64,000 nt of DNA from the NCBI GenBank assembly GCA_951406725.2, contig OX597816.1:15128001-15192000 (forward strand), written 5' to 3'. This DNA is from Octopus vulgaris. Its lineage: Eukaryota. Made by a program: the position numbers and the translations under genes. The notes beneath the pieces were generated by a model. That model was not told the DNA's origin. It saw nothing but the letters and a program-made list of their open reading frames with translations, and did no database searches. Positions within the stretch are counted from its first letter, which is position 1; each line of letters starts with the position of its first letter. Positions 1 through 12,932 of this stretch are shown here, one piece after another.

Positions 1-255
1 CCTAACCTCTAAATTATGGGGATATAAACAAACTAACACTTGTTGTCAGGCAGTGGTAGGGGACAAACACAGGCACACATTCACACACACACACATTATA
101 TGATGGGCTTCTTTCAGTTTCCATCCACCAAATCCACTCATAAGGCTTTAGGTCAGCCTGAAGTTATAGTAGAAGACACTTGTCCAAGTGAAGATTGAAC
201 TCAGAACCATGGGGTTGAGAAACAACCTTCTTAACACACAGCTATACCTGCACCT
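1..255 (-). mobile_element. tRNA-derived SINE, family A (5' half, cut by window edge)
   Basis: Reverse complement matches the family seen >15 times in the window (ggagtggctgtgtggtaag...ggttcagtccc...ttgggcaagtgtcttctactatagcc), with A/B-box-like head and internal CA repeat. Confidence 0.8.
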
Positions 256-1814
256 ATGTATAATTATGTTGAAGGTATGCTATGTTGAATGAGGAAGTGG
301 TCAGCCAGTTTGGGTACTGCACAGAGTGGTCAAAAGCCTTGTTATGACGAGATAAGAAGGGACAACACCCATAACAGTTTTGCAAGGCTCCCATGTCTGG
401 TTGGGAGAAAGATTATATCATGAATAAGTTATTCTCAGATGAGATAACTAGCCAGAATGGAATTCGCTCTAGGCAACCAATATCCAGTCAATGGGTCACA
501 TCTGGAATAAAAATGTAAAAAAACAAAGTCAAGAGGCCACAATAAAGGTGTTTACATTGCATCTGATGGATTCCGAAAAACATTAATGCAATTTAAGAGA
601 AAAATCTGTGCAAAAGTATAACAAAAATTTTTTAAAAAACCCTGTTTTGTTGTTGAAGAAATCACATGATCACATAATGTTAGTGTTGTTAAAAGGGGGG
701 AAAAAAAAAGGTACAAAGGTACACAGAGAGGAGAAAGAGAATATTTAAGTATCCAAAATGCATATTCCTTCAATCATTATGCCAGCAGATGGATAGGTAC
801 CAATCAGGCACGTGCTGTGAATAAATACTCAGGGAAGGCAGAAGGCACTTATAAACTAACTTGTCAACAATAGATCTTATCATTACGAGAAAATGTGCAG
901 CTGATTTTTTCTGGAGTTTACTTGGAGCATTAAGCAAATTATTTAAACTACAAAACCTGTTTGTACTCACACACATTCATTAAACTCAGAAAAATGATAA
1001 TAAGCATGCTGGGAAAACCAAAAAGTCAAATTTTTATAATTGTTTTGCAAAGAGAAACAACCACAAAACTGTTGTTTTTTTTGTTGAACTTCTTAATTTG
1101 TTTTTTTTTCTTAAATTCTTTTTGCACTTTAACACAGTTCGCGCTATTTACGTTCAGGTGTTGTTTTATCATTTTTAATCACAGTCAGCTATTTCTCTTC
1201 CATAAAATATTTCGGTAAAGTTCTTCTACGACTTACTTTTCTGTACATATTTGAAAAGAGTTAAAATTAGAAAGAGAATATGTTTTTAAATGTTGGTTCA
1301 GTCCCTTAAGGCTAACTCTATATCTGGCTGGCCTTAACTATTTTCCGTGTTTAAATTATCAATCAATGAAAATACTCAATAACTTAAGTGATTCCTGGCA
1401 GCTGTCTTCATTTTCCATCCTTTAAAGAAAACCAATAATGATCCTGAATTCATCTTTTATAGTCTACTTGAATCAGTCATTAGATTGCGACCATGCTGGG
1501 GCACTGCCTTGAAGAAAACTTAGTTAAACAAATTGACACAACTACTTGTTATTTTTATATATAAAACCTGTTGCTTTCTCTATCAGGCTCTTTTGCCAAG
1601 CTGTTAAGTTATGGGGACATAAACACACCAACATTGGTTGTCAAGTGGTGGTGGGGGACAACATACAGGTACAAAGACACACACAAATAGATATAAATAC
1701 GTACATACATACATACATATATATATATGCATAGATATAAATACACACACAAACACATGCACATATATACAAACACAGCACACACATACACACATATTTG
1801 TGTATGTGTGTGTG

Positions 1815-2270
1815 GGGCCGCTCCAGGCTCCAGTCTGATCTGGCAGAGTTTCTACGGCTGGATGCCCTTCCTAACGCCAACCACTCCGTGAGTGGAGTGG
1901 GTGCTTTTTACGTGCCACCTGCACAGGGGCCGGGGGGTCCGGCATCGGTCGTGATCGGTTCGAGCTTTTAACGTGCCAGCGGCACGGGGGCAACGGGATC
2001 CGGGGTACTTTGGGGATCTGGGGTACTTTGGGGATCCGGGGTACTTTGAATGGGTAGGGGTGGGGAAGGTTGGGGGGTAAGGAGGAACGATGGCAGGAAG
2101 GGTTGGTGCAGGTTCGTAAGAAATAAAAACGTAGGATATTACGAGGCGTGGAGGGGACTGGAAGGAGATAGTAGGATTGAGGCAGTGTCAGATTCAAAAC
2201 AGGAGGAAGCGTAAGATCAGTGGGCGGTTGATGAGCTGTGACGCTAGCAGTGTCTGCCAGCTCACCGCCA
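1815..2270 (-). mobile_element. Composite SINE: tRNA-like head, unique body with 18-bp repeats, family C tail
   Basis: Minus strand starts ggcggtgagctggcaga (same head start as family B) and ends in the aagggcatccagccgtagaaac segment shared by family C. Confidence 0.55.
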
Positions 2271-2297
2271 TTTATATATATACACATATATATACAT

Positions 2298-2895
2298 ATA
2301 TATACATATATATATATATGATGATGGCCATCCACTCGTGACCGAGGAAGACCATTGCTGACCTTTAGGGACATTGTGTGCTCTAGGACTAACTTATATT
2401 TTGCATTTGTGGCTCCATTGGTGGCTAATGGGCCCTGCTCTTGACAAGCACACACGACTACAAACATTGCAAACCAAGCTTTTTCTATTCCCCACACTAG
2501 CAGTGTGCTTTTGAGCAGCATGCTTCAATTCTTCATCCTGCTATCCTTCATTCAAATAAGGTGTCCAGTCCAATATGACCAGTGCTTGTGCACTATTGCA
2601 TCAGTACTCAAGAAATCAGCTTTCCTCAGGACCTGTGTGTCTGGAGATTTTAAGGTCAAGCTAACATTCAGAATGTGCCACAGATATCTCTGATGAAAGC
2701 GTTCAAGGACCTTTACATGATATTTGTTAAGAGTCAATGTCTCACATGAGTAAAGGAGCGATATCAGTACACACACATGGTACACAGCAACTTTTGTTTG
2801 CCTTGTGATGCCATACTGGGACCAGACACGAGACTCAGGAGACCGGAAGAAATCAGTTGCTGTCTGCAGCCTGAAAGATATTTCATCATCCATCC
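2298..2895 (-). mobile_element. RTE-clade LINE, 5'-truncated 3' fragment
   Basis: ORF 2552-2941 contains RTE-type post-RT motifs (DDEISFRL...TKVAVY...LLYSCET...LERFHQRYL..IL...WTGHLI); 3' UTR closely similar to copy at 23587. Confidence 0.85.
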
Positions 2896-2934
<39 letters not shown>

Positions 2935-3181
2935 TTGCCATTCACTTAAGAGACACCCTTAATTAAATTAAACAACACATGGATTTAATCCTATGGATCT
3001 CAATACTTCAAGGTAATTTTTTCGTGAACTATCATTAAACTCAAGATACACAAAGACTTTACAATGTATCGGAGTACCTATTTTTTAATTTTTGTATATA
3101 TTTATTATTATTTTTTTGCAAAAAACAATATAATTTTCTTTTTTCCCCCCTCCTCAAATTTAAAACAAAATTTTTCTTTAC

Positions 3182-3223
3182 AATTCTTGAAAAGTCACAT
3201 TATGACGAAAACCGGTTTGAATT
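3182..3223 (+). ncRNA. Minimal type I hammerhead ribozyme (U3-A8 core variant, Penelope-type)
   Basis: aattc-TTGAAAA-gtca(catta)tgac-GAAA-accggt-TT-gaatt: 5-bp stem I, 4-bp stem II, palindromic stem III aaaccggttt. Confidence 0.65.
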
Positions 3224-3350
3224 AATACATATATATTTTATCAATTTTTCAAAATTTTCCATACACCCATTATCATTAAAATTTTCTTTCAATTTAGCAT
3301 TCTGCCTTTTTACAATTTTTCATTGCCTATATATATATATATATATATAG

Positions 3351-3891
3351 ATATAAATAAGGATAAGATCGATCTTATCAAGTGGCCAGCATGGGAATAA
3401 AAACCTTTCAATGGTAATTATTTAAAATTATAATTTAGGGTATCTGAGAGATACCACCATGCTGAAAATAGCAGTCAAAACCTGACTCTAAAGCCACATT
3501 AAATGTTTATATAGCACTAGGAGAGAAGACAGAGAGACAAAATAAACTAGCAAAAAAATTACTGGATTTCTGGATTTGCATAAGAAATGTTCTGCCTTCG
3601 TCAGTGGAATATACTCAGATAGCAACATAAATACACATATATTTATATACATATAACATACGAATACATATATATGCACGTATGCACACGACCAGTTTAA
3701 ATTGCCCGCCTTAAAGCTCCTCGTGTGATATGGTCAGGAATAAACACCGCAGTGAATATAATGACGAAATATATATATTTATATAAATAAGGATAAGACT
3801 GATATTTAAATATCGATCTTATCAAGTGGCCAGCATGTGAATAAAAAACCTTTCAAAGGTAATAATTATTTAAAATTATAATTTAGGGTAT
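3351..3891. repeat. ~95-110 bp direct repeat pair (3351-3443, 3781-3891), probable Penelope-like terminal repeat; related copy at 10170-10342
   Basis: atataaataaggataaga...gtggccagcatg...taaaattataatttagggtat present twice; diverged third copy at 10170. Confidence 0.55.
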
Positions 3892-4167
3892 ATAAGAAGG
3901 AGGATGGAGAGGGGAGGAGAAGAGGAAGGAGTAGTAGCAAAAGACATATTTATACACACACACTCACACACGCACATACAATAACTATAATGATATATAA
4001 TAATAATAATAATAATAATATATATTCTCTTGAACAAGGGTTGCTTAAGGATGTTGAACGAAACACTCGTGTTTATATATAAAAACAAATTGACTGAAAA
4101 ATGATGAGATAACTCTAGCCAAAATCGAACCCACATATCAACGCTTACAAAGCCTTCTGGTTTGTTC

Positions 4168-4169
<2 letters not shown>

Positions 4170-4234
<65 letters not shown>

Positions 4235-4235
4235 C

Positions 4236-4296
<61 letters not shown>

Positions 4297-4355
4297 TATA
4301 TCTTTATTTATACATACATACATACATACATATATATATATATACATATACATAC

Positions 4356-4404
<49 letters not shown>

Positions 4405-4480
4405 AATACATACATACATAATATATATATATATCTTTATTTATACATATATATATATATATATTCATACATACATAAAA
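4170..4480. repeat. (TA)n/(TACA)n microsatellite
   Basis: Direct inspection. Confidence 0.95.
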
Positions 4481-4691
4481 ACATGCATACATATACGTGC
4501 TGTTTGCACTATTCATTTTCTACATCCTTAAATCTGATTTCAGCATGAACCGACAAAATAATTTCAACCCCCATTGACGTCAGTACAGAGGTCGACTTTA
4601 CAGTTTAGAATTACAAGTGTTTTGTCTGTGAGATGTGTTTGTTTGTATGAATGTATGTTTGCATGTTAGCATTACACACACGCACACATGC

Positions 4692-4736
<45 letters not shown>

Positions 4737-4864
4737 TGTCTCCCTATGCATGTATGTATGCGTGTATGTATGCTTATGTATTTATGTGTGTTTGAAGGAA
4801 TGTTTGTGCATATATGGGGGTATGTATGAATGTGTGCATGAGTGTATGCATGTATGTATGTATA

Positions 4865-5370
4865 TGAGGTCTGTTCAATAAGTATCCAGATTGTTGTTAT
4901 AGTAACAAACCTAAAGTAAACAGAGTGAAGTTGCTTAGCCAAAATTGAACTTGAACTCTGCGGTACATGTGCACTAAGTTTTAACATTCTAGCTCACTTC
5001 TGCTGTTTACAGCAGTGCTTGGAAGGAAGGTGTGTAACATGTGATCATTGCATTGACCACGACAGAGAAATTTGTCATGGTGATACCTGCTCAGAGGCCT
5101 ATGCAAAGTTGCAGAAAGTGTATGGAGAGGAGTGTATGAGCTGCACACAAGTGTATGAGTGGTTCAGACATTTCCAAGATATGGCCAAAAAGAAATGTTG
5201 ATATTGATGGACATTCTGGGAGACCCACCACCAGCAGAACTGAGGAAAAACATGGTATTTGTCGAATTACCATCTGTGAGTTCCATATTTAAGCCCACGG
5301 GCATATGGTGTAGTGGTTAAGAGCGCGAGCTGCTAACCCCAAGATTCCGAGTTTGATTCCAGGCAGTGAT

Positions 5371-5437
<67 letters not shown>

Positions 5438-5446
5438 GTAATAATA

Positions 5447-5522
<76 letters not shown>

Positions 5523-6135
5523 CAACAACAACATCGAAAAATATCTTAGTATTGAGGACTCAGGTTCAAAATTTCCCCAAGAAGGGAATATCTGCCGAAA
5601 CGTTTTGTAAGCAAACAAGATGAGGACAAATATCCGTCAAATGTAAATAATGTAAATAATTTACCCTCTGTGAGTTATCAGAGGATGTGTAGATTAGTTA
5701 CAGTTCAGTTCTGTCAATTATCACTAAAGATTTGGGCATGAGACGCATGTCTGCCAAGTTTGTGCCAAAACTGCTTTCAGCTGACCAAAAAGACACTCAG
5801 GTTTCAGTTTCACAATATCTCCTTGGTTGCGTTGAAAACAATGAAAATTTTTTTGAAACTTTGTGTAGGCTTCTGAGCAGGTATCACCAGGCTTTTGGCA
5901 AAATTTGGTGCAGATTCTCTGCTTAGCTTTCTCTGTCATTGTCAATGTGCTGATCACATGCTACACACCTTCCTTCCAAGCACTGCTGTAAATGGCGAAA
6001 GTGAGAGCTAAAACATTAAAATTTAGTGTACATGCACAGTAGGGACCAAGGTCAATCTGTGCCAAGCAGTTTCTCTTAGCATGCTTTAGCTTCATTACTA
6101 TGGCACCAATCCTGATACTTATGGATCAGACCACA
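4865..6135 (+). mobile_element. Mariner-derived non-autonomous element with ~260-bp inverted ends
   Basis: TA-flanked ends tgaggtctgttcaataagtatcc / ccTgatacttatggatcagaccaca; mariner N-terminal motifs (AYAKLQKVYGEECMSCTQVYEWFRHF; GRPTTS; LGMRRMSAKFVPKLLSADQK); right arm is an inverted copy of the left arm. Confidence 0.85.
5283..5660 (+). mobile_element. tRNA-headed element with (AAT)n linker and Penelope-type tail, inserted in the mariner element
   Basis: A box tggtgtagtgg 5306-5316, B box gagtttgattcc 5349-5360; 16-bp TSD ttacc(a/c)tctgtgagtt at 5267-5282 and 5661-5676; tail ends aatgtaaataatgtaaataat. Confidence 0.75.
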
Positions 6136-6649
6136 TATATATATATAATAGTAGTAGGGAATCTAATTCCAAACTTATATATATATATATGTATGCATTT
6201 AATCATATATACATGTACATGTGTGTGTGTACATATGTCCATATGTATGTGTTTATGTATACATGCATGTATGTATGTTTTTATTTATTTTGAATTTTTC
6301 ACAAATAGAGAAATATCCACTTTTAGCAAAGAGACAACGTTCTTTTAAAGGAATTTAGACAACATCAATGAGAAATGCGTGTATGTGTGTACATATACAT
6401 AGAAGCATATGTTTGTATGTGTGTATACATGCATGTGTAGGTGTAAAAATGGATGTCATTGCATATGTGAATCTACATACATGTGTAATATGCATTTATT
6501 ATTATGGGCTAAATTTCCAGAATGTTTTTTTTTGTGCTTTGGTTGTGTCTTTGACAGCTTTTGGCTGTGATCTGATTAGATGTAATTTATTCAGGCTGTA
6601 TGGAACCAAGCTTCTCAAGATTGGTAAAGAAGGCAGTTAGCCCCATAGC

Positions 6650-6911
6650 CACTGCCGCCTCCTCCTCCTCCTTCTCCACCACCACCACTACCACCACTAC
6701 CACCACCACCACTACTTCCTCCACTTCCTCTTCCACCCCTTTGCCTCCTCCTCCATCACTATCACCTCCACCACCACTACCACCTCCACCGCCCCTCCTC
6801 CGCCTCCTCCTCCACCACTATCTTCTCCCCCCACCACTGCCACCACCGCCATCGCTGCTTCTACCACCACCTGCTGCTGCTGCTGCTGCTACTACTACTA
6901 CTACTAACACC

Positions 6912-6998
<87 letters not shown>

Positions 6999-7015
6999 CA
7001 GCACCACCACCACCA
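6650..7015. repeat. Compound trinucleotide microsatellite (CCA/CCT/CTA/CTG)
   Basis: Direct inspection. Confidence 0.95.
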
Positions 7016-7227
7016 AGATGAGAGTCAATATGCATCCTATACTATTTCTGTGAAAAATCCTAAATGTTAAATTTTATTTTCAATTCACTTGAAGAAAATG
7101 TTTTATTTTACATGATGTAATTGATTTGTTCATCAATAAAAAACATGTCTGAAACAGCTGTAGGGAACATCAGTCCATCTGTGTTTTTATTTACATGTGT
7201 GTGTGTGTGTGTGTATGCATACATGTG

Positions 7228-7561
7228 CAGGGTGTGATGAGTAAATTGTTGCCATTTTATATTTTAATTTTGTGCATTGTTTGTTCGTGATTTTGTTGAC
7301 TACACAGTATTGTAGGGTCAGTTGGGTACTGTCTGTAACAAAAACAACATCATGATGCAATTCACTCTGTCAGAAATTTGAAACGACTTGCTGTACTGCT
7401 TGGCATTCACACCGGAAGCTCCAATATGAATGTTTCAGATTTACTCTTTAGTATTTCAAGATATTTTTATGTAATTTTGATAAATATATTTGTTAAAATG
7501 AGATGTCGGTGTTGTTTTCATTTTTATGTAATTTAGACGATAGTTTATCCACCACACCCTG
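7228..7561. mobile_element. Tc1/mariner-type MITE
   Basis: Imperfect ~27-bp TIRs cagggtgtgatgagtaaattg / tagtttatccaccacaccctg followed by TA. Confidence 0.65.
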
Positions 7562-7737
7562 TATATGTGTGTGAATGACAATATGAAAGTGTATATGTAC
7601 ATATGTCTATATATGTGTGTGTGTGTGTGAGTGTGTAGACAACTGATTCTTTGGTTTATTGGTTTATCAAATATTCATCTGAGAACAAAATTCTTTCCTG
7701 ATCTTAACTGTTTTGCTCTCAGACTAATGTAGAAACA

Positions 7738-8146
7738 ATTCTTTTCTACTTTAGGCACAAGGCCTGGAATTGTTTTTTTTGGGGGTGGGGGAGCAGCCGA
7801 TTAGATCCACCCCAGTATGTTACTGGTACCTAATTTATTGACCCCGAAAGGATGAAAGGCAAAGTCGACCTCAGTCGAATTTGAACTCGGAACGTAAAGA
7901 CAGATGAAATACTTATTTCTATACTACCCACAAGGGGCTAAACACAGAGGGGACAAACAAGGACAGACAAATGGATTAAGTCAATTATATTGACCCCAGT
8001 GTGTAACTGGTACTTATTTAATCGACTCCGAAATGATGAAAGGCAAAGTTGACCTCAGCAGAATTTGAACTCAGAACATAAAGAAGGATGAAATGCTGCT
8101 AAGCATTTCGCCCAGGTTGCTAATGCTTCTGCCAGCTCGCCGCCTT
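7738..8146 (-). mobile_element. tRNA-derived SINE family B (Meta-domain-like), dimeric
   Basis: Head ggcgagctggcaga...gagttcaaattc; central gtcgactttgcctttcatcctttcggggtcgataaattaagtaccag resembles the MetaSINE domain as I recall it; internal ~185-bp unit duplicated. Confidence 0.8.
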
Positions 8147-8449
8147 AGTAACAATTATTGGAACAATAGCATCAAGTGTTGCTATTGTTGTTTAACCCTA
8201 GGTCAGTCCTGATCGAGCAGATCTATAACCATTGATATTACAGTTTTGATCAGCTCAGAAAATATTTTATACCAAAGTATCTTTCATCTCTTACACTTGT
8301 TTCACTCATCACACAGCGACCATGCTGGAGCACCGCCTCTCACTGCTTCCTTCCTTTCGTTTTTTATTGATTTAAAATAATTGCCTTCTATTTCTAGCTG
8401 ATCAAATCAAGTGTCCATGCAGAGGCTCCCATGTTGATAAGGTTGGTAC

Positions 8450-9083
8450 TGCTCCTGCTGCTACTGCTGCTACTCTGTAGCTGTTGCTGTTGTTGGTGGT
8501 GGTGATGGTTGTGGTAGTGCTAATGATGATGATCATGATGATTATGATGTTGGCTTGGTGGAGCAGGTCCTGATGGAGGTTAGTGGTCATGACTACGATG
8601 ATGATAATGCTGATGCTGATGATGATTGTGATGGTGTTGCAACACTGCTGCTACTGCTGAGGGTGATGGTGGTCATGATGATGGTGATGATGATGATCAT
8701 CAAGACTTTTGTGCAGATGGTGGTGGTGGTGGTGGTGGTGGTGATGGTTGTGGTGGTGGTTGTGGTGGTGATGATTTTATCGGTGTTGTTTGTGGTGGTG
8801 GTGGTGGTGATTGTGGTGGTGGTAGTTGTGGTGGTCTTGGTTGTGGTGGTGTTGGTTGTGGTGGTGGTGGTGGTTGTGGCGGTGGGAGTTGTGGTGGTGG
8901 TGGTGGTGATGGTTGTGGTGGTGATGTTGTGGTGGTGATGGTTGTGGTGGTGGTGGTTGTGTTGTGGTGGTTGTGGCAGTGGTAGAGGTGGCGATGGTAG
9001 TGGTTGTAGTGGTAGTAGTTGTAGTGATTATGGTAGTGGTTGTGTTGGTGATAGTGGTGATGACAGCAATGATGATGATGATA

Positions 9084-9133
<50 letters not shown>

Positions 9134-9170
9134 GGTGGTGGTGGTGGTGGTGATGATGATGATGATGTTG
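8450..9170. repeat. (GGT/GAT)n compound microsatellite
   Basis: Direct inspection. Confidence 0.95.
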
Positions 9171-9551
9171 TTTCCCTTTGCAGCCAAAACAGTTAAGAAA
9201 AAAAGGGGCCTGTTTCATGTCAAAGCCTGGCTTTGTCATGGTCTGGAGCAAATATCTCAGCAGTTGAATTAGTGTTTGCAGTAAATATTTAAAACAACAG
9301 ACGTTGCCGTAAACAACACGCCTTCCAGAATCATCCAAACTGTTCTGTGTAGAATCACCGAATCCAAAATACTCACAACTACCCCTCCCCCTTTCCTCCC
9401 CATCGTTCTCTTCACAAACAACCAAAAGTAAAAGCAAAAATTAAAAAAAAGAAAACTAACACCAATGTAAAAAAACGGAAACTAAAATTAAGTTTCTTCC
9501 ATCCACAGCAGCAAAAGAATACCTGGCTAGAGACGGAATGGTGTTTGAACT

Positions 9552-9947
9552 AGAGAGAAGGAGAGAGGAAGGGGAGGGGGAGAGGGAGAGGGGGAGAGAA
9601 AGAGGGAGAGAAAGTGTGCAGAGGTGGTGGAGAGGGTGAGAGAAAGATATACAAGATACAGAGAGATGGTGATAGATGGGGAAAAGGTGAAGAACTAGAG
9701 GAAGAGAAGGTGAGAGAGAGAGAGAGACGGACAGAAAGGATAGAAAGATGTAGGTAAAATGGTTGAGACAGAGGGTCCAGAGAGAGAGAGAGAGAGAGAG
9801 AAAGAGAGTGAGAGAGAGAGAGAAGGAGAGAGAGAGAAGGAGAGAGAGAGAGAGAGATCAACAAAATACAGAGCCCGTGCTAGCGCGGAAAACGAACGTT
9901 AAACGATGATGATGATGATGATGATAAATGGGGAAAAGTGAATAGAG

Positions 9948-9978
<31 letters not shown>

Positions 9979-10092
9979 AAGGAAGATAAACAAGATACAG
10001 AGAGACAGAGATAGATGACGAAAAAGTAAAAAAATAGCTAGAGGGGGAGAGAGTAAGATAGTAAGATATGTATATATATATATATGTGTGTG

Positions 10093-10133
<41 letters not shown>

Positions 10134-10377
10134 AGAGAGAGAGTAAGATATATATATATATATGTATATAAGGGTAAGACAATTTAATTTAAAATAACAG
10201 TCATATTGAGTGGCTAGCATGGGAAAAAAACCTAAAAGGTAATTACTATTTTTAAAATTATAATTAAGGGTATCAAAAGGTATACCACCATGCTATATCT
10301 AGCATGGTGGTATCCCTTTCAACACCCTTAATTATAATTTTATATATGTATATTTATGTATATATATATGGAAAGAG

Positions 10378-10448
<71 letters not shown>

Positions 10449-10602
10449 GTGAGAGAGAGAGAGAGTAGAAAAACAAAACGGAGGGAAAAAGATAAAGAAA
10501 AATACAGGAAGATAGAGTAGAGACAGAGATGGAGATGGTGGGGTAAAGAAATAGAGAAAGGACGAGAGATAGAATGAAAAGATGATGATGAGAGAGGTTG
10601 AA

Positions 10603-10661
<59 letters not shown>

Positions 10662-10870
10662 CAGAAAGAGAGAGAGAGAGAGTGATAGAGAAAGAGAGAG
10701 AGAAGAAAGGGTGAGAGAAAGAGAGAGATGTTTCAAGAGATGGAAAAATGTATGTGAGGAGGTGATGGAGAGGAAGGTGATGAGGATGGAGGTGTTGAAG
10801 GAAACACAGAATGAAAGAATGAAAGAGAGGAAAATAAAGACGGGACAGAAAAAATAGGGGGAAAGAGAGA
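9552..10870. repeat. GA-rich low-complexity region with (GA)n and (GATA)n tracts
   Basis: Direct inspection. Confidence 0.9.
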
Positions 10871-11082
10871 AAGTTTAAATTATTTAGTGTTTTGTTCATG
10901 ATATTTCCTTTCCGGTTGTCAAACTGATGCTGTTCTACAAAAAACAGGAATTGATAAACTATATACCCCAGGTGGAATTAATATTGGGGCAATTATGATC
11001 ACCTAAGCATCCTCAAAGGCACTGCTTCAGCATTTAATTATTAATTAATTAATTGATTGATTAATTAATTAGTTAATTAACA

Positions 11083-11992
11083 ATCCTTTCTCCTGGAAGT
11101 ACAAGAACTCAAATTTGGGAGGAGGAGACGAGATGATTACATCAACCCCCAGCACTCAACTGGTACTTAATTTATCGATCCCGAAATGATGAAAGGCAAA
11201 GTCGACTTCAGCAGAATTTGAACTCAGAATGTAGCGGAAGAGAAAATGACACTAAACATTGCACCTGGCATGCTAACGATTCTGCCAGCTTGTCACCTTA
11301 ATTAGTTAATTAATAATAAGGTTAGCAAGTTGATTACATTGACCTCAGTGCTCAAATGGTTCTTATTTTATTGACCTTTGAAAGGATGAAAAGTAAAGTT
11401 GACCTTGGTGGGGTTTGAACTCACAACATAGGCAGATAAAAGATTAAGGTGGCAAGCTTCTACCAGCTTGCCACCTTAATAATCCTTTCCACTATAGGAA
11501 CAAAGCCTGAAATTTTGGGGGATGGGCCTAGTTGATTAGATTGATCCTCAGTATTCAACTGGTACTTATTTCATTGACATACCCACCCACCCTTCCCACA
11601 AAGGATGAAAGACAAAGTAATCCTCGGTGAAATTTGAACTCAGAATCTCAAGCTGGAAGAAATGTCACAAAGCATCTTGTCTAGTGTGTGAATGATTCTG
11701 TCAGTCTGTTGCCTTGACGATGATGACAGTGAGCATAACAACAACAACAACGACAACAACAATAATAATAATAATAATCCTTTCTATTAAAGACACAAAG
11801 GTCTGAAATCCTGGGAGAGGGTACTAGTTGATTACATTGACCCCAGAGCTCTACTGGTATGTATTTTATTGACCCTGAAGGGATGAAAGGTAAAGTGGAC
11901 CTTGGTGGAATTTGAACTCAGAACATAAAGACGGACAAAATGCTGCTAAGCATTTTCCCGGTGTTCCAAAGATTCAGCCAATTCACTGCCTA
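11083..11992 (-). mobile_element. Cluster of four family B SINEs, all minus strand
   Basis: Repeated gatgaaaggcaaagtcgacc...gaatttgaactcagaa blocks at ~11190, 11385, 11600, 11880. Confidence 0.8.
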
Positions 11993-12029
11993 AATAATAA
12001 TAACAATGATGATAATAATAATAATAATA

Positions 12030-12529
12030 GAAGTGTTATCATGTACATTGTTTTGTCTTGGTATAAAAGATGGGCTACAGCAAATATTCTGCTCAATACC
12101 ACAGATTTGCTTGTCAGTTGTTTGATTGTAACTAGTTGAGCATGTTCCTTAGTGGCTGACGATATGTGTATCTCTGATCACAAGCAGAAGTAGTGGCGGA
12201 GCATCATAGCCATGTGTTGAGAGGGATTCTTTGGGATTTGAATAATTCACCTCTGGAAACACGGGTGTTTCGTTCAACATCCTGAAACAACCTTTATTCA
12301 GGGACCTTTCGAGTGGGATGGGTTACTCGACCTGAAGAAAATTCTAACTGGGCCCCACCTGCAAGGTCATGTGCTGTTTATTTTGATATGAGATCACCAT
12401 GTCGCGCACATATGGTTGTGATGCATGTGCCTAGTGTACCCTTATCAGACGGGTAGTCATGATGGGTATACTGGCTTTGTATATTTTACCCTAATGTCAC
12501 TTTGATCGTGTGCACTGCTCTCTCACTCA
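12030..12529 (+). mobile_element. Probable retroelement 3' fragment embedded in (AAT)n
   Basis: ~500-bp complex sequence flanked both sides by (AAT)n; a piece (12255-12300) recurs inverted at ~4030-4075; no recognisable ORF. Confidence 0.4.
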
Positions 12530-12783
12530 ATAATAATAATGATAATAATAATAATAATAATAATAATAATCCTTTCAACTAAAGGCACAAGGCTTGAAAT
12601 TTGGTGGAGGGAGAGGACTAGTTGAGTACATTGACCCCAGTGTTTCACTGGTACTTAGTTTATTGACCCTGAATGAATGAAAGACAAAGCTGACCTCGGT
12701 GGAATTTGAACTCAGAACATAGCAGCAGATGAAATGTCACTAAGCATTTTGCCTGGCATGCTAATGACTCTACCAGCTCAATT

Positions 12784-12932
<149 letters not shown>

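Noticed and set aside
520-1300. Short ORFs and possible regulatory sequence in non-repetitive stretches (also 9176-9540, 44580-45480, 52430-53820)
   Set aside because: No protein motifs or paired splice sites; function cannot be judged without alignments
5299-5372. Functional tRNA genes (also SINE heads throughout)
   Set aside because: A/B boxes present but acceptor and anticodon stems do not close; all are attached to repeat bodies
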